Shown: positions 18,263 through 27,421 of the stretch, one piece after another
How positions within the stretch are numbered: the stretch's first letter is position 1
Layout of the letters: each line of letters opens with the position of its first letter
Notes under the pieces: model-generated
The model's input: only the letters and a program-made list of their open reading frames with translations
Database searches by the model: none
What the model was told of the DNA's origin: nothing
NCBI GenBank assembly: GCA_038322815.1
Contig: JBBQGG010000007.1
Coordinates: 1,218-65,217 of the forward strand
DNA: 64,000 nucleotides
Reading direction: 5' to 3'
From: Candidatus Kapaibacterium sp.
Lineage (GTDB): Bacteria > Bacteroidota > Ignavibacteria > Palsa-1295
Position numbers and translations under genes: made by a program

Positions 18263-19279
18263 ATGAACCCCATTTCAGGACTTTCCATCGGCATTATTGT
18301 TGCCTGTTTATTTTTTCTCATTTTTTTGCTGTATATGGTACCGCTTGGTCTTTGGATCACGGCACTATCAAGCGGCGTTAAAGTCCGTATTTTCGGCGAC
18401 TTAGTAGGAATGCGATTCCGCAAAGTACCGCCGGACGTTATTATCCGCTCAAAGATCACGGCAACAAAAGCCGGTATCAATATTGATATTCCATCGCTTG
18501 AAGCGCATTATATGGCAGGGGGTAATGTGCCGAAAGTGATCAATGCCTTGATCAGTGCGCATAAAGCAAATATTGATCTGGATTTTAATCGTGCCGCAGC
18601 AATTGATCTTGCCGGACGCGATGTGCTTGAAGCGGTCAGGCTTTCGGTGAATCCGAAAGTTATTGAAACTCCGCCTGTTGCTGCAGTAGCAAAAAATGGA
18701 ATTCAGGTTACGGCAGTTGCAAGGGTTACTATCCGCGCGAATCTCGAGCGTCTTGTCGGCGGAGCAGGCGAAGCGACGATCCTTGCAAGAGTTGGCGAAG
18801 GAATCGTGACGACGATCGGCTCAAGCAATTCACATAAAGAAGTGTTGGAAAGCCCCGATAATATTTCGAAAACGGTTCTTGCAAAAGGACTTGATTCCGG
18901 TACGGCGTATGAAATTCTTTCGATCGATATTGCCGATGTTGATATCGGGCAAAATATCGGCGCGAAACTTCAGAGCGATCAAGCCGAAGCCGAATTAAAA
19001 GTTGCCCGCGCAAAAGCCGAAGAGCGCCGCGCCGCAGCTATTGCCTTCGAGCAGGAAATGAAAGCCAGGGTTCAAGAAATGCGTGCGAAGGTTGTTGAAT
19101 CCGAAGCGCAGATTCCGATGGCAATAGCCGAAGCATTCCGCTCAGGAAAACTTGGCGTTCTTGATTACTACAATATGCAAAACGTCCAAGCCGATACAGG
19201 TATGCGTAAAGCCATCGCCGAAAGTGCCTCGCCCGATCAAGGCAATCTCGGCGGCTCCTCGACGACGGGAAATGCATAG
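18263..19279 (+). CDS. floA: flotillin-like protein FloA (YqfA family)
   Basis: N-terminal TM, SPFH-like domain and the conserved YqfA block ([16 protein letters not shown]...[10 protein letters not shown]). C-terminal coiled coil. Confidence 0.85.
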   Translation: MNPISGLSIGIIVACLFFLIFLLYMVPLGLWITALSSGVKVRIFGDLVGMRFRKVPPDVIIRSKITATKAGINIDIPSLEAHYMAGGNVPKVINALISAHKANIDLDFNRAAAIDLAGRDVLEAVRLSVNPKVIETPPVAAVAKNGIQVTAVARVTIRANLERLVGGAGEATILARVGEGIVTTIGSSNSHKEVLESPDNISKTVLAKGLDSGTAYEILSIDIADVDIGQNIGAKLQSDQAEAELKVARAKAEERRAAAIAFEQEMKARVQEMRAKVVESEAQIPMAIAEAFRSGKLGVLDYYNMQNVQADTGMRKAIAESASPDQGNLGGSSTTGNA

Positions 19280-19418
19280 ATACAGATAACCGTCTCAAAT
19301 AAGGGAATGATGTAACAAAAAGGTAACTACGAAGGTTATTTTTGGTATCAATACTTTTAATGACTAACTCCTTTAGTCGAGGAGAAGGTCGGGATTTTGT
19401 AGTATAAAAATGTGACCG

Positions 19419-20636
19419 ATGAAACATCTATTCCTTCTTCTGAGTATTTTGTGCCCTTTGAGTTTTGCATCTGCACAAAAGGTATCCGTTGGTACTATCT
19501 CGAAGTTCACAATGTGCACCGGGGATACATTGTTGGTGCCCTTCGAATCAAGCGGTACATTTCAACCTGATAACTTTTTCGCCATTCAGCTCTCCGATGC
19601 AAACGGATCGTTTGCGAAGTTCACGAATATTGGTCATTCAACTATTTCACCGAATACCATTCCGGTGGCAATAGGAATTAAAGGGGATCATTTTCGTGTA
19701 CGGGTAATTGCTACCGATCCCTATACTGTATCCGAGAATACCAGTCCTGATATTCAAGTAGTCAGTTATCCAAGACCTCAACCGATACCTAATGATTATG
19801 CAACTTCCTTTGGTTATGTAGGATTTACCGGAAATGCAGTTCAATTTTCAGATAATTCTTCCGAATCTTCCGGCACCACATATTCTTGGTCATTTGGACA
19901 GGACGCAGATATTACTACGTCTTCGAGTCCATCACCAAACGTCACGTATCATAGCGATGGTGTTAAATCGGGAATACTGACGGTTACTAATTCATTAGGT
20001 TGTACTGCCTCTGCTTCATTTCAAACAAAGATTATTTCCTGTTTTCCGGTAATCCCTGATACTGTACATATAGTGACCGGTACTGAATCCGGGAAATTTC
20101 CTTATGTCTGGGTAAAACCAGGGGGAAATTATACTGTTGAGGGTGGTTCAATCATTGGTAGAAAAACAACCATTGTTTTCGCTGAACCCGGTTCATCGAT
20201 AAGCACTACTTCACAGAGTTTAGGATTTTACTACCTTAAAAAAGATGCATCGTTTAATTGGGATTTCAACAGTAATGCAGTTGTAATACTTAAAAAAGGT
20301 AATGCTATTTCCTATCCATTCGATGTCCTGCATAATATGGATACGCTCTCTTGTGACAACCTTCAATTCGATTATTCCAAAGTCGGCGGAACTTCAGAAG
20401 TTCAACCTACAGAGAATCCTTTACAAATTCTGAACTCGGCTAATAGCCTTCGCATAAGCAATAAGGGGGCGGATATCTCAGCCTCAGTCGTTAATCTCCT
20501 AGGTGTTACTCTCCTTTCGAAAACAGAGTCAGATCAGCTTACTCTCGACTTATCTACTCTCACTAATGGAGTATATTTCGTTATTATTACATCAAATGGT
20601 CAACGAGAAATGAGAAAGATTACTGTTGTGCATTAA
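19419..20636 (+). CDS. secreted protein with T9SS C-terminal sorting domain
   Basis: Signal peptide, Ig/PKD-like middle region, and a C-terminal Por secretion tail (VNLLGVTLLSK...GVYFVIITSNGQREMRKITVVH). Confidence 0.7.
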   Translation: MKHLFLLLSILCPLSFASAQKVSVGTISKFTMCTGDTLLVPFESSGTFQPDNFFAIQLSDANGSFAKFTNIGHSTISPNTIPVAIGIKGDHFRVRVIATDPYTVSENTSPDIQVVSYPRPQPIPNDYATSFGYVGFTGNAVQFSDNSSESSGTTYSWSFGQDADITTSSSPSPNVTYHSDGVKSGILTVTNSLGCTASASFQTKIISCFPVIPDTVHIVTGTESGKFPYVWVKPGGNYTVEGGSIIGRKTTIVFAEPGSSISTTSQSLGFYYLKKDASFNWDFNSNAVVILKKGNAISYPFDVLHNMDTLSCDNLQFDYSKVGGTSEVQPTENPLQILNSANSLRISNKGADISASVVNLLGVTLLSKTESDQLTLDLSTLTNGVYFVIITSNGQREMRKITVVH

Positions 20637-20680
20637 TACCAAGCATGAACTCTTTTGATTTGGATTTTGGTTAGTTTAAT

Positions 20681-20878
20681 ATGTCAGGAATCTTAGAAAT
20701 AAAGAAAGAGAAAGTTCTCGATGCCCTCAAGGATCTGCCTGATAAAGGAGCTCTTCCTGAGTTCATAGAACGACTATATATTCTTTACAAGCTTCAAAAG
20801 GGAATTGACGCAGCAGACGCAGGGAATGTTATTACACTTGAAGAAGCAAAACAGCGGTTTCGAAAATGGCTCGTGTAG
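20681..20878 (+). CDS. putative type II antitoxin (addiction-module component, TIGR02574-like)
   Basis: 65 aa. Overlaps the downstream ParE-like ORF by 13 nt. Has a helical LPD...EFIERL...LEEAKQRFRKWL pattern. Confidence 0.5.
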   Translation: MSGILEIKKEKVLDALKDLPDKGALPEFIERLYILYKLQKGIDAADAGNVITLEEAKQRFRKWLV

Positions 20879-21162
20879 TAATAACCGGACCAGCCGCCGA
20901 TGATATTGATGACATCGCAGAGTTTATTGCAGCTGACGCACCTTTCCGCGCAACTCTTTTCGTTGAAGAATTGATTGAGTCTGCAGAACGTTTAGAAAAC
21001 TTCCCTCTCTCCGGAAGAATTATCCCCGAAATTAATAATCCTGAACATCGTTAAATAATATTCGGAAATTATCGAATCATGTATCGAGTTAGAAATTCTC
21101 TTGTTGAAATTCTGCGGGTTTTTCATGGTGCACGACTATTCGATGAGACGATATTAAACTAA
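20866..21162 (+). pseudogene. ParE/RelE-family toxin gene interrupted by an in-frame TAA at 21052..21054
   Basis: The ORF stops at ...EINNPEHR*. The same frame continues IIFGNYRIMYRVRNSLVEILRVFHGARLFDETILN*, which is the conserved ParE C-terminal core (YRIIYRV...ILRV.H). Confidence 0.65.
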
Positions 21163-21172
21163 TTTTTTTTCA

Positions 21173-22522
21173 ATGCTTATTCGCTCTATCTCAGGTCTTC
21201 GCGGAATCACCGCTGCACCGAACGGCTTCACTGAAGATGCCGCAAAGCTTTATGCCCAAAGTTTTGCCCAGATGCTCGGCAATAACGGGCTTGTTGCGCT
21301 TGGCTTCGACGGACGCCAGGGCGGCAAGCAATATTATGAGCTTATTGCCGATGAACTTCGCGATGCAGGCTGCGATGTGCTCGGGCTTTTAATGGTACCT
21401 ACACCGACGGTAATGTTCGCCGTCGAAACCCATACTTCTGTTAAAGGCGGAATATCTGTTACGGCAAGCCATAACCCACAGGAGTGGAATGGCATGAAGT
21501 TCATCGCACGGACGGGTTTATTTCTTGATCGATCCGAGAATGAAAAACTTTGGAGCATTGCTGATGGCGGCGCAGCAAAACATCACGGAGCTTCCGGTGA
21601 ATTGATTCCCGGTGATGAGGTCAAACTTGAGCATCTTGATTGTATTGTTCATATTCCTTTTTTAAGCATCGATGCTATTCGTGCACGAAAATTCAAGATC
21701 ATTCTTGATGCCGTAAATGCTTCCGGCTCCTTTATTGTCCGTGAACTTCTTGCACTTCTCGGAGTTGTCGATGTTCTGCCACTTCATGCCGATGGCTCCG
21801 GAAAATTTCCCCATGCTCCTGAACCTGTTCCGCAGAATCTAAGCGAGCTATGCAATGAAGTGAAAAAAAATAAAGCCGATCTCGGAATTGCCGTTGATCC
21901 CGATGCCGATCGCTGCGTCTTCATTATGGATAACGGCGAACCCTTCATCGAAGAAAATACGATCGTTCTTGCTGCTGAAGAGGTTTTACGAAATAGCGAA
22001 AGAGCGCAAAACATCGTTGTTAATCTTTCTACCACTCGCGCAATAGATGATCTTGCGGAAAAATTCGGAGCAACGGTTTATCGCACTGCTGTCGGCGAAA
22101 TAAATGTTGCGAAAAAAATGAAAGCTATTCATGCAATCATCGGCGGCGAAGGTTCGGGCGGCGTCATCTATCCGGCAGTGCATACGGGCCGCGATTCTCT
22201 TGTTGCAATTGCTTTGGCATTGAATAATCTTGCATTCAGCAATACAAGTTTATCCGAAAAGAAAAGATCGTTACCGCGATATGAGATCGTCAAATCAAAG
22301 ATCGCTTTAGAAAATGCAGAGCAAGTTGCATCTGTTCTTGCCGCTGTAAAATCAAAAATGGTTGCCGAAGCAATAAGCATTAATGAAGAAGACGGCATCC
22401 GCTTTGACTTTGGTAATAGCTGGCTGCACGTCCGCCCCTCGAACACCGAACCCATCACCCGCCTCATCGCCGAAGCTCCGACGAGAGAAGAAGCAGAGGG
22501 GATTTTGAAGAGAGCGAAATAA
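21173..22522 (+). CDS. glmM: phosphohexomutase (phosphoglucosamine mutase-like)
   Basis: 449 aa. GISVTASHNP active-site Ser loop, a D.DADR metal-binding loop (DPDADRCVF), and the four-domain alpha-D-phosphohexomutase layout. GlmM versus PMM cannot be settled from sequence alone. Confidence 0.75.
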   Translation: MLIRSISGLRGITAAPNGFTEDAAKLYAQSFAQMLGNNGLVALGFDGRQGGKQYYELIADELRDAGCDVLGLLMVPTPTVMFAVETHTSVKGGISVTASHNPQEWNGMKFIARTGLFLDRSENEKLWSIADGGAAKHHGASGELIPGDEVKLEHLDCIVHIPFLSIDAIRARKFKIILDAVNASGSFIVRELLALLGVVDVLPLHADGSGKFPHAPEPVPQNLSELCNEVKKNKADLGIAVDPDADRCVFIMDNGEPFIEENTIVLAAEEVLRNSERAQNIVVNLSTTRAIDDLAEKFGATVYRTAVGEINVAKKMKAIHAIIGGEGSGGVIYPAVHTGRDSLVAIALALNNLAFSNTSLSEKKRSLPRYEIVKSKIALENAEQVASVLAAVKSKMVAEAISINEEDGIRFDFGNSWLHVRPSNTEPITRLIAEAPTREEAEGILKRAK

Positions 22523-22634
22523 TCCTCCAGTCGGTCAATTATTTTTCCCAAACCTATCCTGTTTTTTTGGAGTTTTAGAGGGTTGTAGGGGAACATTCGC
22601 CTTGCTTGTCTCGTAAGGAATCAAAATTAACGCC

Positions 22635-23513
22635 GTGCCGTCTTTATTTCGTCATCTTTTTAAGCCTGAGCCTTATTCGCAAAGCGAAGAAGATAAGCTC
22701 GTCCAGGCTGATCTTCGTGCTGCGGGCGCAATACCTGCGCATGTGGCGATCATTATGGATGGCAACGGGCGCTGGGCTGAAGAGCGCGGCTTTCCCCGTG
22801 CTGCGGGGCATCAGGCAGGGATCTCAAGTGTCCGCGATGCTACACGCGCTTCGCGCGAACTTGGTTTGACGCATTTAACGCTTTATGCTTTCAGCACGGA
22901 AAATTGGAAGCGTCCCCGCCGCGAAGTCGGGATGCTGATGCGCCTGCTTCGCAAAATGCTTCATGAAGAGCTTGAGGAAATGCGCGAGAATGGCGTAAGA
23001 TTGAATACTATCGGTCAGACGAATGCTCTTCCCAAAGAAGTGCAGCATGATCTTTTTGATGCGATCGATAAGACTTCCGATAACACACGGCTTACGCTGA
23101 CGCTTGCATTATCCTATTCAGGCAGATGGGATCTTGTCCGCGCCTCGCAGCTTCTGGCGCTCGATGTGCGCCGCGGTAAAGTATCGCCGGAAGATATTAA
23201 TGAAGAATTGCTTGGCTCTTATCTCACAACCAATGAGCTTCCCGATCCCGATCTTCTGATCCGTACATCCGGGGAAGTTCGGTTATCGAACTTTATGCTT
23301 TGGGAGCTTGCTTATAGCGAGATCTATGTGACAAAAACAAGCTGGCCTGATTTCCGTAGGGAGCATCTATATAAGGCGATCCGTGAATATCAAAAGCGCG
23401 AACGCCGGTTCGGTATGACGGGTGCGCAGATCAAGAAAACCGAAGACGTTCTGAAAGAGCATTCATCGTATGTTAAAGATATTGTCCGGGTACTGACTAA
23501 AGGGACGATCTAA
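22635..23513 (+). CDS. uppS: isoprenyl transferase (undecaprenyl diphosphate synthase)
   Basis: HVAIIMDGNGRWAEERG motif, a conserved FSTENWKRP motif, and the conserved C-terminal RRFG. Confidence 0.9.
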   Translation: MPSLFRHLFKPEPYSQSEEDKLVQADLRAAGAIPAHVAIIMDGNGRWAEERGFPRAAGHQAGISSVRDATRASRELGLTHLTLYAFSTENWKRPRREVGMLMRLLRKMLHEELEEMRENGVRLNTIGQTNALPKEVQHDLFDAIDKTSDNTRLTLTLALSYSGRWDLVRASQLLALDVRRGKVSPEDINEELLGSYLTTNELPDPDLLIRTSGEVRLSNFMLWELAYSEIYVTKTSWPDFRREHLYKAIREYQKRERRFGMTGAQIKKTEDVLKEHSSYVKDIVRVLTKGTI

Positions 23514-23561
23514 AAATAATATTTCTACTCACTAATGATTTTCAAACGTAATAGTGTCATT

Positions 23562-23676
23562 GCGAGAAGGGCTTTAGCCCGCCGAAACAATCCCCTGAGG
23601 GTTAACCGAGAAGCTGATCATAATACCTCAGGAGATTGCTTCGTCGTCGCTGCACGACTCCTCGCAATGACACTCT
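23562..23676. repeat. nested-palindrome repeat family, copy F (contains the bamA start codon)
   Basis: AGTGTCATTGCGAGAAGGGCTTTAGCCC...CGAAACAATCC...GAGATTGCTTCG...CTCGCAATGACACT. The ATG at 23667 lies in the terminal CTCGCAATGAC. Confidence 0.85.
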
Positions 23677-26087
23677 TATTCGTTATGTGTAATTTTTCTG
23701 CAGCATTCTCTCAAACTCCCGGCAGTGAGCAGGAATATACTGTTCTCGGCATCACTGTCGAAGGAAATATTTCCGGCAGTGCGGAGACGATCATTGCGCA
23801 GAGCACGATCAGAAAAGGCGATAAGATCACGATGCCATCGGATGAGATACGCCGTGCGATCACTCGGCTTTGGCAGCAGAATATTTTTTCTGATGTGAAT
23901 ATCGAAGCAACGAAGATCATCCCACAAGATGGCGGAACGTTCGGAGTGTATCTGACGATCAAGGTAAAAGAATTCCAGCATGCTGATTCCATTATTATTG
24001 ACGGATACAAACATCTCTCATTAGGCGACATTCAGAAATCTTTTACGTTTTATAAAAATGATTTCTTGCGTCCGTGGGAAGTTGCAAATATCAGGCAGAA
24101 GATCAGAGCTGCATATATGAAAGAAGGGTATCAGTATGCCGATATTACAACGGAGATCAAGCCGGTCGGCGATGGCACCAATAAAGTCCGGCTGTATATT
24201 CATATCAATGAAGGTACGGAAGTAACGGTTCGTCATATTGATTTTGCCGGCAATGCCAATATTTCTTCAAGTGATCTGCGCAGTGCGATGGACGATACAC
24301 ATGAGAAGCGACCATTCCCCTCAATTATAAGTATCTTTCGAAGTGGAAATTTTGATGAGAAAAAATTTCAGGACGATAAACAACGAGTCCTTGCGTATTA
24401 CCGCACTAAGGGTTACCGTGATGCAGCAATTCTTGGTGATACCATTTGGGTAACTGATAAAGAAGATCTTAACATTCTCGTTTCGGTCTATGAAGGTCCT
24501 CAATATGTTCTTCGAAATATTTCCATCATCGGCAACGAAGTTTTCTCAGAAACTGAGGTTCGCCAAAATCTCGGATTCAAAAAAGGCGATGTGTATAATG
24601 TCGAGAAATTCCAATTGAATCTTAAAGGACCGACTCCTGATTTTATCGATGTTGGTTCATTATACTATGATCGCGGGTATATCGTCAATATCGAACCTGT
24701 CGAAACGATAATTCCGAGAGCTGAAGGCGAGAGCGGACCGGACTCACTCGATATTGCCATTCATATCATCGAAGGCAAACGACATTTTATTCGGAATGTA
24801 GATATTGCCGGTAATACAAAAACAAAAGATTATGTCATCCGTCGTGAGCTTTATACTCGCCCCGGCGACCCGTTCAGCCGCTCGGCGATCATCCGCTCAC
24901 TTCGTCAGCTTGCACAACTAAATTATTTTAATCAGGAAAAACTTGTTCCGGATGTAAAGCCGGTGCCGGACGCAACGCAATTTGATATTACCTATAATGT
25001 CGAAGAAAAATCGAGCGATACATTTAATGCTTCGCTTGGTTACGGAGGCTCTCTGGGTTTGACGGGTTCGATTGGTCTTTCATTTAACAATTTTGATATA
25101 GCTGATCCGCTTCATGGCGGAGCAGGTCAGATCGCAACGATTTCTGCAGAGTTCGGACAGTCGAGCTACCGGTCACTTTCGATCGGCGTAACGGAGCCAT
25201 GGCTTTTTCAGGAGCCGACAGCGCTTGGGTTTACGATCTTTAATCAGCAGAGTAATATTTATTACAGCATCGTCCGCACCGGTGCAACGATCTCTGTCGG
25301 CAGACGCTTTCGTGTGCCGGATGATTTTTTCCGCGGCGATTGGACATTACTCGGGCAGCATTCGAACATTACATCGGGCGGTGGCATCTACAATCCCGGT
25401 GTTCATGATGAAATTAGTTTGCAGCAAGTGATCTCGCGTAATTCGACGGACGACCCGCTCTTTCCCGGAGCAGGTTCCGATCTTTCATTCCTGACCAAGG
25501 TAGCGTTCTTACCATTGAAATCCAAAACTCCGAATGAGCCTGCAAATTATTATAAGGTCGGTTTTTCATTAAAATTTTATTCGACGATCGTGCAGTTCAA
25601 TGCAGTAAATAAAATTGTACTTGCAACAGTTGCCGATGTCGGGCAATTAGGTGGGATCAGCGGATCGCCGTTCGTACCACCACAAGAACGTTTCACCATG
25701 GGAGGTTCGGGTCTTGCAACAGGTTTTTATACGATTCCTCTTCGTGGATATAACGATGCTTCAATAGGCATTCAAACAGCTCCGGGTTCTACATATTCGC
25801 AAGGCGGACTTTTCTACAACCGCTATGCTGCCGAACTTCGCTTCCAGATTGCGCGTGAACCTATTCCTATTTTTGTCGAAGCATTTGCGGAAGCAGGAAA
25901 TGTGTGGACGAATTTTTCTCACAGCGATCCCTTTACCCTAAAACGCGCTGCAGGTGTTGGCGCAAGAGTACAGGTTCCTGCAGTAGGACTTATCGGTATA
26001 GATCTTGGTTACGGTTTCGATGCTAATATACCCTTCGGATCTGTCAGCGGCTGGCATACGCATTTCCAGTTCGGAAGATTTTTCTAA
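23667..26087 (+). CDS. bamA: outer membrane protein assembly factor BamA (Omp85)
   Basis: Five POTRA-like repeats and a C-terminal 16-strand barrel ending HTHFQFGRFF. The ORF track start at 23535 lies inside repeat copy F. The in-frame ATG at 23667 (MTLLFVMCNFSAAFSQ signal) is preferred. uppS-bamA adjacency is typical. Confidence 0.88.
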   Translation: MTLLFVMCNFSAAFSQTPGSEQEYTVLGITVEGNISGSAETIIAQSTIRKGDKITMPSDEIRRAITRLWQQNIFSDVNIEATKIIPQDGGTFGVYLTIKVKEFQHADSIIIDGYKHLSLGDIQKSFTFYKNDFLRPWEVANIRQKIRAAYMKEGYQYADITTEIKPVGDGTNKVRLYIHINEGTEVTVRHIDFAGNANISSSDLRSAMDDTHEKRPFPSIISIFRSGNFDEKKFQDDKQRVLAYYRTKGYRDAAILGDTIWVTDKEDLNILVSVYEGPQYVLRNISIIGNEVFSETEVRQNLGFKKGDVYNVEKFQLNLKGPTPDFIDVGSLYYDRGYIVNIEPVETIIPRAEGESGPDSLDIAIHIIEGKRHFIRNVDIAGNTKTKDYVIRRELYTRPGDPFSRSAIIRSLRQLAQLNYFNQEKLVPDVKPVPDATQFDITYNVEEKSSDTFNASLGYGGSLGLTGSIGLSFNNFDIADPLHGGAGQIATISAEFGQSSYRSLSIGVTEPWLFQEPTALGFTIFNQQSNIYYSIVRTGATISVGRRFRVPDDFFRGDWTLLGQHSNITSGGGIYNPGVHDEISLQQVISRNSTDDPLFPGAGSDLSFLTKVAFLPLKSKTPNEPANYYKVGFSLKFYSTIVQFNAVNKIVLATVADVGQLGGISGSPFVPPQERFTMGGSGLATGFYTIPLRGYNDASIGIQTAPGSTYSQGGLFYNRYAAELRFQIAREPIPIFVEAFAEAGNVWTNFSHSDPFTLKRAAGVGARVQVPAVGLIGIDLGYGFDANIPFGSVSGWHTHFQFGRFF

Positions 26088-26092
26088 GCTTA

Positions 26093-26329
26093 TTGAAAGT
26101 TACATACGATAAAAAGTATAATGTTGCGTACATTCGTTTTCGGGAGAAAAACGAAGAGGTCACCACTATACCTATCGGCGATGAAGTCAATATTGACATT
26201 GCCCCAGACGGGACAATATATGGCATCGAACTCTTAAATGCCAATGAGCAGCTTTACACACAAGATAACGGCAATTTAATTCTAGAGAATGCTTCGCACG
26301 ATCTACATAGCGAGTTGACATTTGCCTAA
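26093..26329 (+). CDS. DUF2283 family small protein
   Basis: MKVTYDKKYNVAYIRF...DGTIYGIELLNA matches the DUF2283 pattern (MKI.YD.E.DALYI...G.LVGIEIL.A). Confidence 0.55.
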   Translation: MKVTYDKKYNVAYIRFREKNEEVTTIPIGDEVNIDIAPDGTIYGIELLNANEQLYTQDNGNLILENASHDLHSELTFA

Positions 26330-26331
26330 AA

Positions 26332-26745
26332 TCACCGCAGATCAATATCAAAGACCAGCCGTGCTTTCAGACATACCAGCATATGAGTCCAACCATTGCA
26401 CTGTCCATACGAACTGACTCTTCCTGTTTCGTCATCATGAAATCCTGATTTGGTGATACGGACAATAGTTGTCGAGTCGTCTTTTTTTACAAAATCGAAT
26501 ACAGTGGTAACATAGTCTGCTTTCCAATGACCTTCTATCTTCTCGTTCTCGGTAACTTTACTTACGACGAATTCCTTTGATCCGTCCGTGACCCAATTCC
26601 AAACGACTGTTGCGCCTTCAACGATTGGTCCACTTGCTGATTTGCAGAAATAAGTTGAAAGAATTTTATCATCCACTACGGCTTGAAAAACTTCGGCAAT
26701 GGGTTTGCGGATGGTTTGGGAAATTGTGTATTTGATATTTTTCAT
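26332..26745 (-). CDS. SRPBCC (AHSA1/polyketide-cyclase-like) family protein
   Basis: The ORF extends to 26835 but would overlap higA. The start at M31 (MKNIKYTISQTIRKPIAEVF) is 1 nt after the higA stop. Confidence 0.5.
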   Translation of the reverse strand: MKNIKYTISQTIRKPIAEVFQAVVDDKILSTYFCKSASGPIVEGATVVWNWVTDGSKEFVVSKVTENEKIEGHWKADYVTTVFDFVKKDDSTTIVRITKSGFHDDETGRVSSYGQCNGWTHMLVCLKARLVFDIDLR

Positions 26746-26746
26746 A

Positions 26747-27040
26747 TCATGCAATCTTAACGCTAACATCTTTTCCGAGAGCTTTTGCATATTTTTGAAG
26801 CGTTGAAAGTCGAATATCTTCGGCGTGATTTTCAATACGGGAAATTGCAGATTTATTTGTTTTAAGTTTCTTCGCGATTTGGCTCTGCGTCATTCCCGAT
26901 TCTTCACGGGCTATTTTCAATAGGATGCCGATCTTGAAGTTACGATAACCTTCTTCATATCCCTCGGCAAATTCGGAATCTTTTCTTTTTCTTTCTTCTA
27001 TATAATCCTTGAAGTCAATCGTTAGTTTACTTTTCGCCAT
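26747..27040 (-). CDS. higA: XRE-family HTH antitoxin (HigA-like)
   Basis: 97 aa with an HTH ([23 protein letters not shown]). Immediately downstream of a Gp49/HigB-like ORF that it overlaps. Confidence 0.7.
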   Translation of the reverse strand: MAKSKLTIDFKDYIEERKRKDSEFAEGYEEGYRNFKIGILLKIAREESGMTQSQIAKKLKTNKSAISRIENHAEDIRLSTLQKYAKALGKDVSVKIA

Positions 27041-27371
27041 AAATAATCTTTTTTTCGCTCTTCTGCAAGTTTAATTTCCTTTTGCGGTACTTTATCTGTT
27101 TTCTTAAAAAAACCATTTGTGATAATAATTAAATCCTTGCCTCAAAGAAACCAAGTAATCGTATCGCGTCACTTCCCAGATGAACTCGTATTTCCAAAAG
27201 CTCATCGGTTCCGGAAAGTTTTTTAAGATATTCTGATGGTACCATTTGAAAATTCTCCACTAGTTCTACCGTCCAAGAAACTTTCTGAAATAACTTTCCT
27301 GGAAGTAAATCCAAAAACTCCTTCACTGGACTACGTCCATTCTTCTTTTCATAAAGTTTAACAGAACGCAT
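27022..27371 (-). pseudogene. higB: HigB/Gp49-like (PF05973) RelE/ParE-superfamily toxin, frameshifted
   Basis: Annotated ORF 27129..27371 ends ...[11 protein letters not shown]. The +1 frame continues [36 protein letters not shown], which is the expected Gp49 C-terminus. A 1-nt loss in a T-run at about 27131 explains the shift. Confidence 0.6.
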
Positions 27372-27421
27372 TTCTGGAAGTTCACATATATGTTAACCTC
27401 AATTCCTTACTCTTAGTTCTT

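Noticed and set aside
23535-23666. ORF-track start of bamA at 23535
   Set aside because: This stretch is the nested-palindrome repeat (copy F) translated. The in-frame ATG at 23667 gives a proper signal peptide.
2141-23676. CRISPR array interpretation of the repeated palindromic elements
   Set aside because: Copies are about 120 bp, dispersed 1-10 kb apart and individually palindromic. There is no regular repeat-spacer periodicity and no cas genes.
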